A DNA stretch of 61,782 bases. It comes from Candidatus Saccharimonadota bacterium. GTDB lineage: Bacteria > Patescibacteriota > Saccharimonadia > Saccharimonadales > Saccharimonadaceae. The stretch covers positions 1 through 61,782 of the forward strand of contig JAGCNM010000037.1 in NCBI GenBank assembly GCA_017645955.1, read 5' to 3'. A program made the translations under genes and the position numbers. Of this stretch, positions 18,368-28,027 are shown in pieces (within the stretch, counting starts at the first letter, position 1; each line of letters begins with the position of its first letter). Below the pieces are notes generated by a model that searched no databases, had not been told where the DNA came from, and saw nothing but the letters and a program-made list of their open reading frames with translations.

Positions 18368-20263
18368 ATGAGAATTTTAGCAAATGAATCAGAAAATTTT
18401 TTGGGCAAAGAAATCACCGTCGAAGGCTGGGTCAATTCCCGTCGCGACCACGGCGGACTAATTTTTATCGATCTCCGCGATCATACTGGAATCTTACAGC
18501 TTGTTGTTACTCCTGAAACTGCCGATTCGTTTAAACTTGCTGAATCCGTCCGCGATGAATTCGTTTTAAAAGCGACCGGAAAACTTCGCGAACGAGCTCC
18601 TGAACTCATAAACCCGAATATAAAAACTGGAAAAATTGAACTTGTCGTTAGTGAACTTATTCTACTTAATAAATCTGAACCATTGCCGGTCAATACTCAC
18701 GACGATGGCGAAAAATCTTCTGAAGAATTACGTCTTAAATATCGTTTTCTCGACCTCCGTCGCCCAAGCATGCAAAATCTCTTAAAACGTCGCTCTGAAT
18801 ATTATCGTTTTATCCGTGAATTTATGTATAATCATGATTTTACCGAAATTACGACCCCAATTCTCGCGAATTCTTCCCCGGAAGGCGCCCGCGACTTCCT
18901 CGTTCCATCACGTTTACATCCCGGAAAGTTCTACGCATTGCCACAGGCTCCACAACAGTTTAAACAATTATTGATGGTTGGTGGTGTTAATAAATATTTC
19001 CAAATTGCGCCTTGTTTCCGCGATGAAGACCCGCGCGCTGACCGACTTTATGGTGATTTTTACCAGCTAGATATGGAAATGTCTTTTGTTGATAATGGCG
19101 AAACTGTACGCGAAACCATTGAGCCATTATTCTTATCTCTCGCAACCGACTTCGGTAAAAAGAAACTCGTATTAAAATCTGAACCGGCCAAAAAATATTT
19201 AGTTAAAGGTTCTTCGGTTCCTCGCTTACCTTATGACTTTGCAATGAATACCTATGGCGTCGATAAACCTGACCTTCGCTACGGTATGGAACTCATCGAA
19301 CTGACCGAAGTCTTTAAAAATACCGACTTCAAAGTCTTTAAAGCTCCTTGCGTTAAAGCTCTTTGCGTTAAAGATGGCGCGAAACTAACTCGCCGCGAAA
19401 TAGACGAATTTACCGAAAAAGCGAAAAAAGAAGGTGCTGGCGGACTCGCTTATATATTATATACAGACGAAGGCCCGAAGTCCCCGATTCTAAAGTTCAT
19501 GACAGAAAACGAAATTAAATCTGTAGAAAAACTTACTGGCGCTAAAACCGGCGATGCCGTTTTCTTCGGTGCCGATGAAAGAGAAAAAGTTAATAAGGTT
19601 CTAGGCCAACTTCGTATCGCTTTTGCCGACCACATGGGTCTAAAAAATCCGGACGAAGTCGCCTATACTTGGGTTGTTGATTTTCCGTTTTACGAATGGG
19701 ACGAAAAGAATCATAAATTAGACTTCGGCCACAACCCCTTCTCAATGCCTAAAGGCGGCTTAAAAGCTCTTGAGGAGGCTACAGCAAGTGATTCTAAGAC
19801 CGTGTCCCGGACGGCTCACGAGCCGTCCGAAGCGAGTGAGGCCCGTAACGACGGGACCGAGCGAGCGGGGTCGAAGAACCACTTGCAAAGCCTCCTTAAC
19901 ATTGTTGCCGACCAGTACGACATGGTTATGAACGGCTACGAAGTCTGTTCTGGCGCCGTTAGGAACTATAATCCCGAAATCATGTATAAAGTCTTTAATA
20001 TCCTTGGCTATAACAACGAATACGTCGAAGCTCGCTTCGGCGGCATGTTAAACGCCTTTAAATTTGGCGCTCCTCCGCACGCTGGTTGTGCCCCTGGACT
20101 TGATCGTATCTTCATGGTTCTTGAAAAAACCGAAAACATCCGCGACATCGTCGCCTTCCCGAAAAACGGCAACGGCGTTGACTTAATGATGAACTCCCCG
20201 TCAAGAGTCGACCAATCCCAACTCGACGAGTCCCACCTCGCTATCATCGAAGACGAAGACTAA
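18368..20263 (+). CDS. aspS: aspartate--tRNA ligase with an in-frame palindromic insertion; start at ATG 18368
   Basis: RDHGGLIFIDLRD, PEGARDFLVP, LPQAPQQFKQLLM, CFRDED, GAPPHAG; TGGTATAAT 7 nt before the ATG. Confidence 0.97.
   Translation: MRILANESENFLGKEITVEGWVNSRRDHGGLIFIDLRDHTGILQLVVTPETADSFKLAESVRDEFVLKATGKLRERAPELINPNIKTGKIELVVSELILLNKSEPLPVNTHDDGEKSSEELRLKYRFLDLRRPSMQNLLKRRSEYYRFIREFMYNHDFTEITTPILANSSPEGARDFLVPSRLHPGKFYALPQAPQQFKQLLMVGGVNKYFQIAPCFRDEDPRADRLYGDFYQLDMEMSFVDNGETVRETIEPLFLSLATDFGKKKLVLKSEPAKKYLVKGSSVPRLPYDFAMNTYGVDKPDLRYGMELIELTEVFKNTDFKVFKAPCVKALCVKDGAKLTRREIDEFTEKAKKEGAGGLAYILYTDEGPKSPILKFMTENEIKSVEKLTGAKTGDAVFFGADEREKVNKVLGQLRIAFADHMGLKNPDEVAYTWVVDFPFYEWDEKNHKLDFGHNPFSMPKGGLKALEEATASDSKTVSRTAHEPSEASEARNDGTERAGSKNHLQSLLNIVADQYDMVMNGYEVCSGAVRNYNPEIMYKVFNILGYNNEYVEARFGGMLNAFKFGAPPHAGCAPGLDRIFMVLEKTENIRDIVAFPKNGNGVDLMMNSPSRVDQSQLDESHLAIIEDED
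19770..19899. repeat. about 130-bp cruciform/branched palindrome inside aspS
   Basis: Nested stems TTGAGGAGGCT/AGCCTCCTTAA, GCAAGTG/CACTTGC, TTCT/AGAA, GACC/GGTC; inner hairpins CGGACGGCT/AGCCGTCCG and CCCGT/ACGGG. Confidence 0.9.
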
Positions 20264-20266
20264 TAG

Positions 20267-21469
20267 CTATCGCTTTCTCTTTTGCAGAAACTTCGGCACC
20301 GCCATTCCAAAATTAATTGCATTTTTTTGAAATGTCTTTGCGGTTAAACGAACTACAAACATTGAAATCAAAACAATTTCAACTAAACCGATTATTAATT
20401 CTGTAATGCTAAGTGTACCTAAAGTATTTCGAAGCATTAAAGCAATTGGTGCTGAAAGCGGAAAATAAGTGATAAGCTCAACCATAAAATTCACTTCTCC
20501 CGAAAGGAAAAGTTGTAAGAAATAAAGCGGAAAAACCGAAGCAACAATTGCAGGCGCCATGAAGTTTGATGCCTCTCTTGCGTTCGGAGTCGCCGAACCG
20601 ATTAACGTTAAAATTCCCGTAATAAACAAAATTGAAAATAGGAATAATATTACACTCGCAATAATCATAAATGGATCGACTTCAATCAAATCAAAAACCT
20701 GGCTAATCATTGGATTCCCTCGGTTTAAGAAAACTAAAACAATCACCGGGGCAATAAAAGCTATTATCTGGATAAAACCTAAAATAATCATAGCTATTAT
20801 TTTTCCAACAATTAAATGCTTTGCCGAAACTGCTGTCAAAATCATTTCCGAAATCCGATTCTCTTTTTCCTCAACCACTGTCATTGTTAAACGATTCCCG
20901 CTAAGGACCAAAAACAGGAAAAACGAAATTGCAATTAAACCCGGAATAATCGCCCGCCCAAGTATATTTGCATCTTTCCCGTTTTTAGAAAACTGATTTG
21001 TTGAAACTTCATATTCTCCCGTCAAAGCTAAAAGCTCTGTCTCAGAAAGGTCTTGCGCAACAGCATTCTTTAAAATTCCTTTTATCGCTTCGGAACTAAA
21101 GTCGAATAAATGCAGCCCATCCACAACTTGATAAAACTCAATCTTCTTTGTTTCTGCGAAATCTTTCGGGATATAATAGAATAAATCTACTTCACCTTCC
21201 TTTACCGCTTTTATCCCCTCTTCTTCAGTCTGATAAAGCGCAAACGGGTTTAGCGGCAATATCCCCGCCTCATCCGTAATCGCAACTTTTGTGTCTTCTT
21301 CTAATTCCGTAAAATGATTCTCGTTACCCTGCGAATAACCGATTAAAAACGTCAACCCAAGAAACGCCGGAACAAACAAAACCGAAAGCCAAAATGATGG
21401 TTTTTTTAGCTGACGTATTATTTCAAATTTTGTAACAATAAAAAGTGGCTTATTCATTTTGTTCTCCAT
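20267..21469 (-). CDS. ABC-2 type permease (NatB-like)
   Basis: VVEEKENRISEMIL motif; multiple TM helices. Confidence 0.88.
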   Translation of the reverse strand: MENKMNKPLFIVTKFEIIRQLKKPSFWLSVLFVPAFLGLTFLIGYSQGNENHFTELEEDTKVAITDEAGILPLNPFALYQTEEEGIKAVKEGEVDLFYYIPKDFAETKKIEFYQVVDGLHLFDFSSEAIKGILKNAVAQDLSETELLALTGEYEVSTNQFSKNGKDANILGRAIIPGLIAISFFLFLVLSGNRLTMTVVEEKENRISEMILTAVSAKHLIVGKIIAMIILGFIQIIAFIAPVIVLVFLNRGNPMISQVFDLIEVDPFMIIASVILFLFSILFITGILTLIGSATPNAREASNFMAPAIVASVFPLYFLQLFLSGEVNFMVELITYFPLSAPIALMLRNTLGTLSITELIIGLVEIVLISMFVVRLTAKTFQKNAINFGMAVPKFLQKRKR

Positions 21470-22169
21470 ATATCTCCAAGAAAATTTGATCTAAACTCTT
21501 ACCATTAAATTCGTTTTTAATATCCTTGATTGTTCCGTAAGCTCTCGCAACACCATCTTTTAACAACAATGCCCTGTCGCACAATTTTTCCACTTCGTCC
21601 ATGTAATGCGTAATTAAAATAATTGCTGTTCCTTTTTTATGAAGCTCTTCAATTATCTCCATTAATAATCTTCGATTCATTGGGTCAAATCCCTTTGTTG
21701 GCTCATCTAAAATTAAAAGCTTCGGGTTTCCCATAATACAAACCCCAAGCTGAATCTTCTGTTGTTGACCACCAGACAATTTTTCAAGTTTTTCATTCGT
21801 CTTATCCGTAAGTCCAACTCGCTTCAAGTATTTCATAGACCATTCTAGTGGATTGTTCAAGCCCTTCAAATTCGCAAAATAAACCAAGTTATCAATCACA
21901 GTCTCTTTTTTATATAGACCTCTCTCCTCAGGCAAATATCCGACCGTAACGTTTCTATCTTCCGGATCATAAACTTTCCCATCAATCAATAATTCCCCAG
22001 ACGTTGGCTTATAAAACCCTAGGAGCGCCCTGACCGTTGTCGTCTTTCCCGACCCGTTCGCGCCAAGCAATCCGAAAATCTCACCTTTTCCCACCTCAAA
22101 GCTTAAATCCTCGATTACGGTTTTATTCCCAAACCTCATCTTAAAATTCTTAACTAACACTATACTCAT
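21450..22169 (-). CDS. ABC transporter ATP-binding protein
   Basis: GANGSGKTT, LSGGQQQ, LILDEP. Confidence 0.95.
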   Translation of the reverse strand: MSIVLVKNFKMRFGNKTVIEDLSFEVGKGEIFGLLGANGSGKTTTVRALLGFYKPTSGELLIDGKVYDPEDRNVTVGYLPEERGLYKKETVIDNLVYFANLKGLNNPLEWSMKYLKRVGLTDKTNEKLEKLSGGQQQKIQLGVCIMGNPKLLILDEPTKGFDPMNRRLLMEIIEELHKKGTAIILITHYMDEVEKLCDRALLLKDGVARAYGTIKDIKNEFNGKSLDQIFLEIYGEQNE

Positions 22170-22186
22170 AATTAATATTATATATC

Positions 22187-22268
22187 AAAAATAAATTGGA
22201 ATTTACTTCCAATTTATTTTTCAAGCTTGCTTCTTTTGCTAAACTTTTCTTCTTGAAGAAAAGTTTAG
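22187..22268. terminator. two tandem AT-rich hairpins downstream of tRNA-Arg
   Basis: 15-bp stem at 22187-22221 and 14-bp stem at 22239-22268. Confidence 0.6.
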
Positions 22269-22273
22269 GCTAA

Positions 22274-22348
22274 TGGTAGAGCCGACAGGAATCGAACCTG
22301 TATCGCAGACTTAGAGGGTCTGGGTCCTATCCGTTGAACGACGGCTCC
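22274..22348 (-). tRNA. tRNA-Arg(UCU)
   Basis: Acceptor GGAGCCG/CGGCTCT, arm CAGAC-CCTCTAA-GTCTG, encoded CCA. Confidence 0.88.
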
Positions 22349-22366
22349 ACTTACTTATATTATAAC

Positions 22367-23116
22367 CTATTCTTCCGGTTTTCTCAACTTATAATAAATT
22401 GAAGGCGCAAATCTAATCGGCGCCAGCGCTGCCTGCGCTTTATCTTCCATCTTCACTAAATTATCTGTTCTGAAAATTTTCTTTAGACTTTTACTTCGGA
22501 AATTCGAAACCGACAATACTTTTTCAGTCTTAAATCCAGTTTTCTCAAAAATCTCTTCAACATATTTCGGATGATAATTATAAAAACCATTTGCTGAAAT
22601 ATCTTTATAATTTGCAACTTTTTTATCGAACGGATTCACCTTACTTCGTCCAGTAATAAATCGCGCCATTTTCGGGAGTGTCCTTTTATTCGCAACTTCA
22701 ATTACCGCGACTCCTCCCGGCTTCAAAACTCGATAAAGTTCCGCCATTGCCTTATCCATATATTTAAGATGATGTGTTACCCGAATCATCATTAATCCAT
22801 CAAGTTCTTTATCCTTAAACGGCAACTTGTAGATGTCTCCGGCCTTCGTCTCGACCTTATCGCCATACATTTCTTTCGCCTGTGCAAGTTCAGACTTTGA
22901 ATAATCAAAAATGTAAACTTTATGCGCTCGTTTTAAATACTCATTCGCAAGCCGTCCATATCCTCCGCCAATATCTGCAAACTTCTCCATTCGCTTCGGT
23001 AATAACTTTCGAATCGCCATACGATCTGCTTGATCTTCATACTCTCTATCAGCATCTTCCCAAAAAATCTTCTTATAATCATATCCATTATAGTCAGAAA
23101 TAACTTTTTCACTCAT
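22367..23116 (-). CDS. class I SAM-dependent methyltransferase
   Basis: DIGGGYG, GDIYKLPF, RVLKPGG. Confidence 0.9.
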   Translation of the reverse strand: MSEKVISDYNGYDYKKIFWEDADREYEDQADRMAIRKLLPKRMEKFADIGGGYGRLANEYLKRAHKVYIFDYSKSELAQAKEMYGDKVETKAGDIYKLPFKDKELDGLMMIRVTHHLKYMDKAMAELYRVLKPGGVAVIEVANKRTLPKMARFITGRSKVNPFDKKVANYKDISANGFYNYHPKYVEEIFEKTGFKTEKVLSVSNFRSKSLKKIFRTDNLVKMEDKAQAALAPIRFAPSIYYKLRKPEE

Positions 23117-23136
23117 GGGCTATATTATACCATATA

Positions 23137-24759
23137 TTATATGACACGTGAAATCTCTTCCAGAGTTGTATCGCCCCGCAAGACCGCTAGAATACCTTTC
23201 TGCTCCAAGGTTAACATCCCATTTTTCTTTGCCACTTTTTCAATTGCATTAGTATTAATGTCTGCCACGTCGCCCCGAATAAACGCCTGGATATCTTCCG
23301 AAACGACTAACTGCTCCATGATTAACGTTCTTCCAGTATAGCCAAATGGTTCTTCTTCCGTTGGAACCGGATCGAAAAGAAGCGGCGCATCTAAATCAAA
23401 GTCGCTTAATACATCTTCCGAAACCCCCTCCATTACGGTACGAATGTATCTTATTTCTGCTTCCGTCGCCGGTCTTTGTCTCTTCGATTTCGACAACTTA
23501 CGAATTAATCTTTGTGCAATAATCAAACGAATCGAACTTGAGAAAATCGGATTAACTCCAATTAAATCAATCATTCTTGAAAACGCTGCTGAAGTTGAGT
23601 TAGCGTGGAACGAAGACAAAACCAAATGACCAGTAATCGAAGCCTGAATCGCCGTTTTCGCCGTATCAGCATCACGAATCTCACCAACCATCACTACGTC
23701 CGGATCTAGACGCAAAACCGAACGTAAACCTTCTGCGAACGAACCGCCCGAATTTGTGTTGATTGGAATCTGTGAAATACCCGTAATCCCATATTCAATC
23801 GGATCCTCAAGTGTAATAATCTTCTTTTCTGAAGTATTAAGTGCATTTAACATCGAATATAGCGTCGTTGATTTACCTGAACCTGTAGGACCCACCATCA
23901 AAACAAGTCCACGCGGATGCGAAACAACTTCATTAATTTCCGCACGCTCTTCCGTTGAAAGCCCAAGTAAATCCAAATTAAGCAAAGTTTCGTCAAAGTT
24001 AAACAACCTTAACACCGCATCTTGTCCATACATCGTCGGGATTGTCTCAACACGAATATTTAATAAATGCGTTGCGCCATCGCGCGTAATGTCTTTCTGC
24101 ATATGCCCAGATTGCGGTTTGTTTGAAGCTGTTGAAACATTTGCTCTTGAAGATAGCTCACCCATAAAAATACGATATCTATCTTTATCAATCGTCGCGA
24201 CCGGGTGCAAAAGTCCATCAACCCTCATTCTAATTCGAATCTCGCCACGCATATTCTCAATATGAATATCCGACGCGCCTAGCTTATCTGCCTGATCAAG
24301 CAAGAAATCGAATACTTTTTCTGTCGACACTGTCGCAAGCGTTTGCGAAACACTCGCAATCGTTTCCGAATCGCCCTCACCCGCAATTTTAATATCATCA
24401 TAAAGAACCTCTTTCGGCGGATCATAACGCAACATAAAAGCTTTATAAGACGAATTTGAAACTAGGAAGAAATCTGTTCGTTCGCCTCGATCGAGATAAT
24501 CCTTTCGCATTTTCTCAATCACCGTGCGCGGCGTCTGGCTCGTCACTAAGAATTGGAAATGTTCATCATCGCCACCTTTTTGCAAAGGAATAATAAAATC
24601 TTGATGCATTGTTTGTACATCAAGCAGTCCCATTGTTAACGGGATATCGTTTTCAAAATCTCTTGTATCAAGATATGGTAAACCTAAAATTCGCGCCCGC
24701 CCCGCCGTCGCTTGTTCTTCATTCTCACGACGTTTCGATTGAATCTCACTTTCATCCAT
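23137..24759 (-). CDS. PilB/GspE-family pilus assembly ATPase
   Basis: ASDIHIE, GPTGSGKSTT, TLEDPIEY, LRLDPDVVMVGEIRD, TGHLVLSSFH. Confidence 0.93.
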   Translation of the reverse strand: MDESEIQSKRRENEEQATAGRARILGLPYLDTRDFENDIPLTMGLLDVQTMHQDFIIPLQKGGDDEHFQFLVTSQTPRTVIEKMRKDYLDRGERTDFFLVSNSSYKAFMLRYDPPKEVLYDDIKIAGEGDSETIASVSQTLATVSTEKVFDFLLDQADKLGASDIHIENMRGEIRIRMRVDGLLHPVATIDKDRYRIFMGELSSRANVSTASNKPQSGHMQKDITRDGATHLLNIRVETIPTMYGQDAVLRLFNFDETLLNLDLLGLSTEERAEINEVVSHPRGLVLMVGPTGSGKSTTLYSMLNALNTSEKKIITLEDPIEYGITGISQIPINTNSGGSFAEGLRSVLRLDPDVVMVGEIRDADTAKTAIQASITGHLVLSSFHANSTSAAFSRMIDLIGVNPIFSSSIRLIIAQRLIRKLSKSKRQRPATEAEIRYIRTVMEGVSEDVLSDFDLDAPLLFDPVPTEEEPFGYTGRTLIMEQLVVSEDIQAFIRGDVADINTNAIEKVAKKNGMLTLEQKGILAVLRGDTTLEEISRVI

Positions 24760-24801
24760 GTTCTCATTATACCATAAACATTATCATGATATAATATATA
24801 C

Positions 24802-25182
24802 ATGGTATTCGCTGAAATCATCGCTTGGTGGTACGCTCACGGCTGGCAAGTTTTTATTCAAAAAATTCGCACCAGCTTTTCTGGTATTACTGATTTTTTC
24901 TCAATGGACTCATTAATTCGAACCTTGTTTAAACCCTTCCGTCAAATTTCTGCCGAAAGCGCAAAGGCCGATGCTTCCCTCGATTTAAAATTCCAAATGT
25001 TCATTGATCGCCTAATTTCACGCATCGTCGGATTTACATCACGCCTGATTCTACTTATCGTCGGGACCATAGTCATAATTGTCAGTGGCATCCTTTGCCT
25101 TTGCTTAATAATCATTTGGCCACTTATTCCGTTCTTACCAATTCTCGGTATCGTTCTAACTGTTCTCGGAGTAACCCTATGA
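24802..25182 (+). CDS. small membrane protein coupled to the Clp ATPase gene
   Basis: WWY..GW N-terminus, TLFKPFRQ, C-terminal TM segments; ATGA overlap with the next gene. Confidence 0.75.
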   Translation: MVFAEIIAWWYAHGWQVFIQKIRTSFSGITDFFSMDSLIRTLFKPFRQISAESAKADASLDLKFQMFIDRLISRIVGFTSRLILLIVGTIVIIVSGILCLCLIIIWPLIPFLPILGIVLTVLGVTL

Positions 25183-27563
25183 GCAATGTTTTTGATCCGA
25201 AAAATCCTCGCGTTAAAAAAGCTTATCAAAAAAAGCTCTTCTTTAACCCTCCAGTTATTGCCCTTTGCTTTATCCTCTTATTAATTCTTCTTGGTGGTGG
25301 TGTTATCCTGCTATATATTAAACATAGTTTTGGCTGGATAGTCCTCGGCTTCGCTGCTTTGCCTTTTATGCTCTTCTTTTGGATTAAAAACTGTCTCAAC
25401 GAAATACCAGTTACAAAAACCAAAAACTTCACAGATTTGATTTCAGAAGATCTACTAGTTCTTTTAAAGAAAGACCAAACCCCTGCCGACCTTACTTCAG
25501 TTATCCCAAAAACAAGAAGCGGTTCATTCCTTATGGCCCGTTTCGAACTTCCAATTCCATTCTTTGATGGCATCCGAGACTATCTCCCTCAATCAGTCGA
25601 ACCAGTTTACGAAACCGCAAAAACCATTCGTGAAAAAACCAATTCCGAAGAAATCACTGGCGCTATTCTCGCTACCGCTCTTATTGAAAACATTCCAAAC
25701 TATGAACAACTATTAAATCAATTTAAACTTAACATAACTGACTTATATCAAGGCATAATCTGGTTTAATTATCTCTACGGTGTCGTAAAAGACGGCAAAA
25801 AACCAGTCCACTCTGGCGGTATCGCTCGCGACTTCGCCTTCGGTTTTACTCCAACCTTACAACGTTTTGCTATCAACCTTTCAACTCGCTACACCGGCTC
25901 AAGTAATAAAATCCAACAAGCCGAAAACGTCGAAATCCTTAAAAAAATCATTCACACCTTTACAACCGCAGGCCGTCAAAACGTCGCTCTTATTGGCGCT
26001 TACGGCTCCGGTCGTTCAACCATAGTTAATTCGTTTGCTGAAACCCTTATGAACGCTGATTCAAAAATCCCTAATTCGCTGAAGTTTCGTCAAATCTATT
26101 CACTCGACGCCCCAAGTTTAATATCTGCCGCTAGGAACCGTGGCGAAATTGAATACTTTATGATTAAAATCTTAAATGAGATTTATTCCGCAAAAAACAT
26201 CATCCTTTGTCTAGATAACGCCCATCTTTTCTTTGAAGAAGGTCCGGGTTCTGTTGATATTGCGAATCTCTTAACTCCAGTCATCGAAGCTGGTAAGATT
26301 CGCATGATTCTTATCATGGACGACCAAAAATTCCTCGAAATCTCTGCGAAAAACTCAGCCCTCGCAAATTCGCTAAACAAAATTGTTGTCAACCCTTCAA
26401 ACAAAGAAGAAACCATTAAAATCCTCATGGATCATGTTCCTTATCTTGAATATCAAAAAAGCGTTATTTATACTTATCGTTCACTTCTTGAAGCATATCG
26501 TCTTAGCGAACAATACATCCACGATGTCGAAATGCCAGGTAAAGCCAAACTCCTACTCGAATCCGCTGCGAGCTATGCTACGGGCGGTCTTGTAACTGAA
26601 GCCTCCGTCCAGGCTGCCGTTGAAAAATCCTATGGCGTAAAGATTAAAGTATCTGAGAATAAAGAAGAACGAGAAAAACTCTTAAATCTCGAAGCCTTAA
26701 TTCATGAACGTATGGTTGACCAAAAAGAAGCTGTTTCCGCCGTTTCGAACGCCCTTCGCCGCGCCGGCGCTGGCGTTAAAAATAAAGGACGCCCAATCGG
26801 CACCTTCCTTTTCCTCGGCCCAACTGGCGTTGGAAAAACCGAACTCGCCAAAACTCTTTCTGAAGTATATTTCAACGGCGAAGACCACATCGTTCGTCTC
26901 GATATGAACGAATTCGTTTCCTCTTCCGATGTTTCGCGCCTTATTAAAGACGGCGCTACTGACGCACTTAGCCTAACTGCCCAAGTCATGAAACAGCCTT
27001 TCTCGGTCGTATTACTTGATGAAATTGAAAAAGCACATCCATCAGTTTTAACTACGCTTCTTCAAGTCTTAGACGAAGGCATTTTGCGTGACGAAAAAAA
27101 TCGTGAAGTCAGTTTTCGTGATTGCATCATTATCGCAACTTCTAACGCCGGCGCAAACGACATTCGCGAAAGAATCACCGCCGGCGAAAAAATCGAAGAG
27201 TTTAAAGAAGAATTCATCGAAAAACTTATTAATTCAAACGAGTTCAAACCAGAATTCTTAAACCGCTTCGATGAAATCTGTCTCTTTAAACCATTGTCTA
27301 AAGAAGATTTGACCGACGTCCTTGACCTCATCATCGCCTCGACCAATAAAACCCTCGAACCTCAAAAAATCGCCGTCAACGTTACTCCCGAAGCTAGACA
27401 AATCCTCATTGAAAAAGGCTACGATCCAAAAATGGGCGCCCGCCCAATGCGTCGCCTTGTCCAAAAAACCGTTGAGAACATCGTTGCCGCCGCCATCCTT
27501 TCAGGCGCCGCAACCCCCGGCTCTACTTTAACTATTACTCCATCCGAAATCGAAATTAACTAA
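25179..27563 (+). CDS. membrane-anchored ClpA/ClpB-like AAA+ ATPase; start at ATG 25179
   Basis: N-terminal TM segments; degenerate NBD1 (GAYGSGRS, LCLDNAH); intact NBD2 (GPTGVGKT, LLDEIEKAH, PEFLNRFD, GARPMRR). Confidence 0.88.
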   Translation: MSNVFDPKNPRVKKAYQKKLFFNPPVIALCFILLLILLGGGVILLYIKHSFGWIVLGFAALPFMLFFWIKNCLNEIPVTKTKNFTDLISEDLLVLLKKDQTPADLTSVIPKTRSGSFLMARFELPIPFFDGIRDYLPQSVEPVYETAKTIREKTNSEEITGAILATALIENIPNYEQLLNQFKLNITDLYQGIIWFNYLYGVVKDGKKPVHSGGIARDFAFGFTPTLQRFAINLSTRYTGSSNKIQQAENVEILKKIIHTFTTAGRQNVALIGAYGSGRSTIVNSFAETLMNADSKIPNSLKFRQIYSLDAPSLISAARNRGEIEYFMIKILNEIYSAKNIILCLDNAHLFFEEGPGSVDIANLLTPVIEAGKIRMILIMDDQKFLEISAKNSALANSLNKIVVNPSNKEETIKILMDHVPYLEYQKSVIYTYRSLLEAYRLSEQYIHDVEMPGKAKLLLESAASYATGGLVTEASVQAAVEKSYGVKIKVSENKEEREKLLNLEALIHERMVDQKEAVSAVSNALRRAGAGVKNKGRPIGTFLFLGPTGVGKTELAKTLSEVYFNGEDHIVRLDMNEFVSSSDVSRLIKDGATDALSLTAQVMKQPFSVVLLDEIEKAHPSVLTTLLQVLDEGILRDEKNREVSFRDCIIIATSNAGANDIRERITAGEKIEEFKEEFIEKLINSNEFKPEFLNRFDEICLFKPLSKEDLTDVLDLIIASTNKTLEPQKIAVNVTPEARQILIEKGYDPKMGARPMRRLVQKTVENIVAAAILSGAATPGSTLTITPSEIEIN

Positions 27564-27649
27564 CCATGAAAATGGCGTAAGACAGGATAGTCATCCAAGT
27601 CCTTTCCTTCAAAACACTAAATCCAAAGCGAGCTTTGGATTTACTATTT

Positions 27650-27735
27650 TGGCGGAAAGGACAGGATTCGAACCTGCGGAGCTTTCACTCTCTGGTTTTC
27701 AAGACCAGTGCCATAAACCACTCGGCCACCTTTCC
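27650..27735 (-). tRNA. tRNA-Ser(UGA)
   Basis: GGAAAGGTGGCCGAGTGG..., loop CTTGAAA, long variable arm, GCCA end. Confidence 0.95.
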
Positions 27736-27781
27736 ACGTTTAATTATACCATATTTATAGAGAATATGTTATAATATCGCC

Positions 27782-27886
27782 ATGGCAAGAAAATTTAAAA
27801 TGAAAGTGGTTTCAAAACAAAACCGCAATAATAATCATAAACACAGCGACAAGAGGAAACATCCTCGCCTGAAAAACGGCCGCTAA
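27782..27886 (+). CDS. unannotated 34-aa basic peptide MARKFKMKVVSKQNRNNNHKHSDKRKHPRLKNGR
   Basis: TGTTATAAT 6 nt before the ATG; hairpin AAATAAGCCCG/CGGGCTTATTT directly after the stop. Confidence 0.6.
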   Translation: MARKFKMKVVSKQNRNNNHKHSDKRKHPRLKNGR

Positions 27887-28027
27887 AATAAGCCCGAAAC
27901 CCGGGCTTATTTTTAAAACAACGACCTAATATGCGAAAGCATTAAACCGGTTTTGGAATAAAGCGCATTATTCGGTCGAAAAATGTGTAAAACCCCTTGA
28001 AACGGGGTTGGTGGAGAGGTTTTTAGA

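Noticed and set aside
27814-27846. AAC/AAT-rich stretch next to DGR target 1 as the template repeat
   Set aside because: It is short, does not align with the variable regions, and is explained by the Asn/His codons of the 34-aa ORF.
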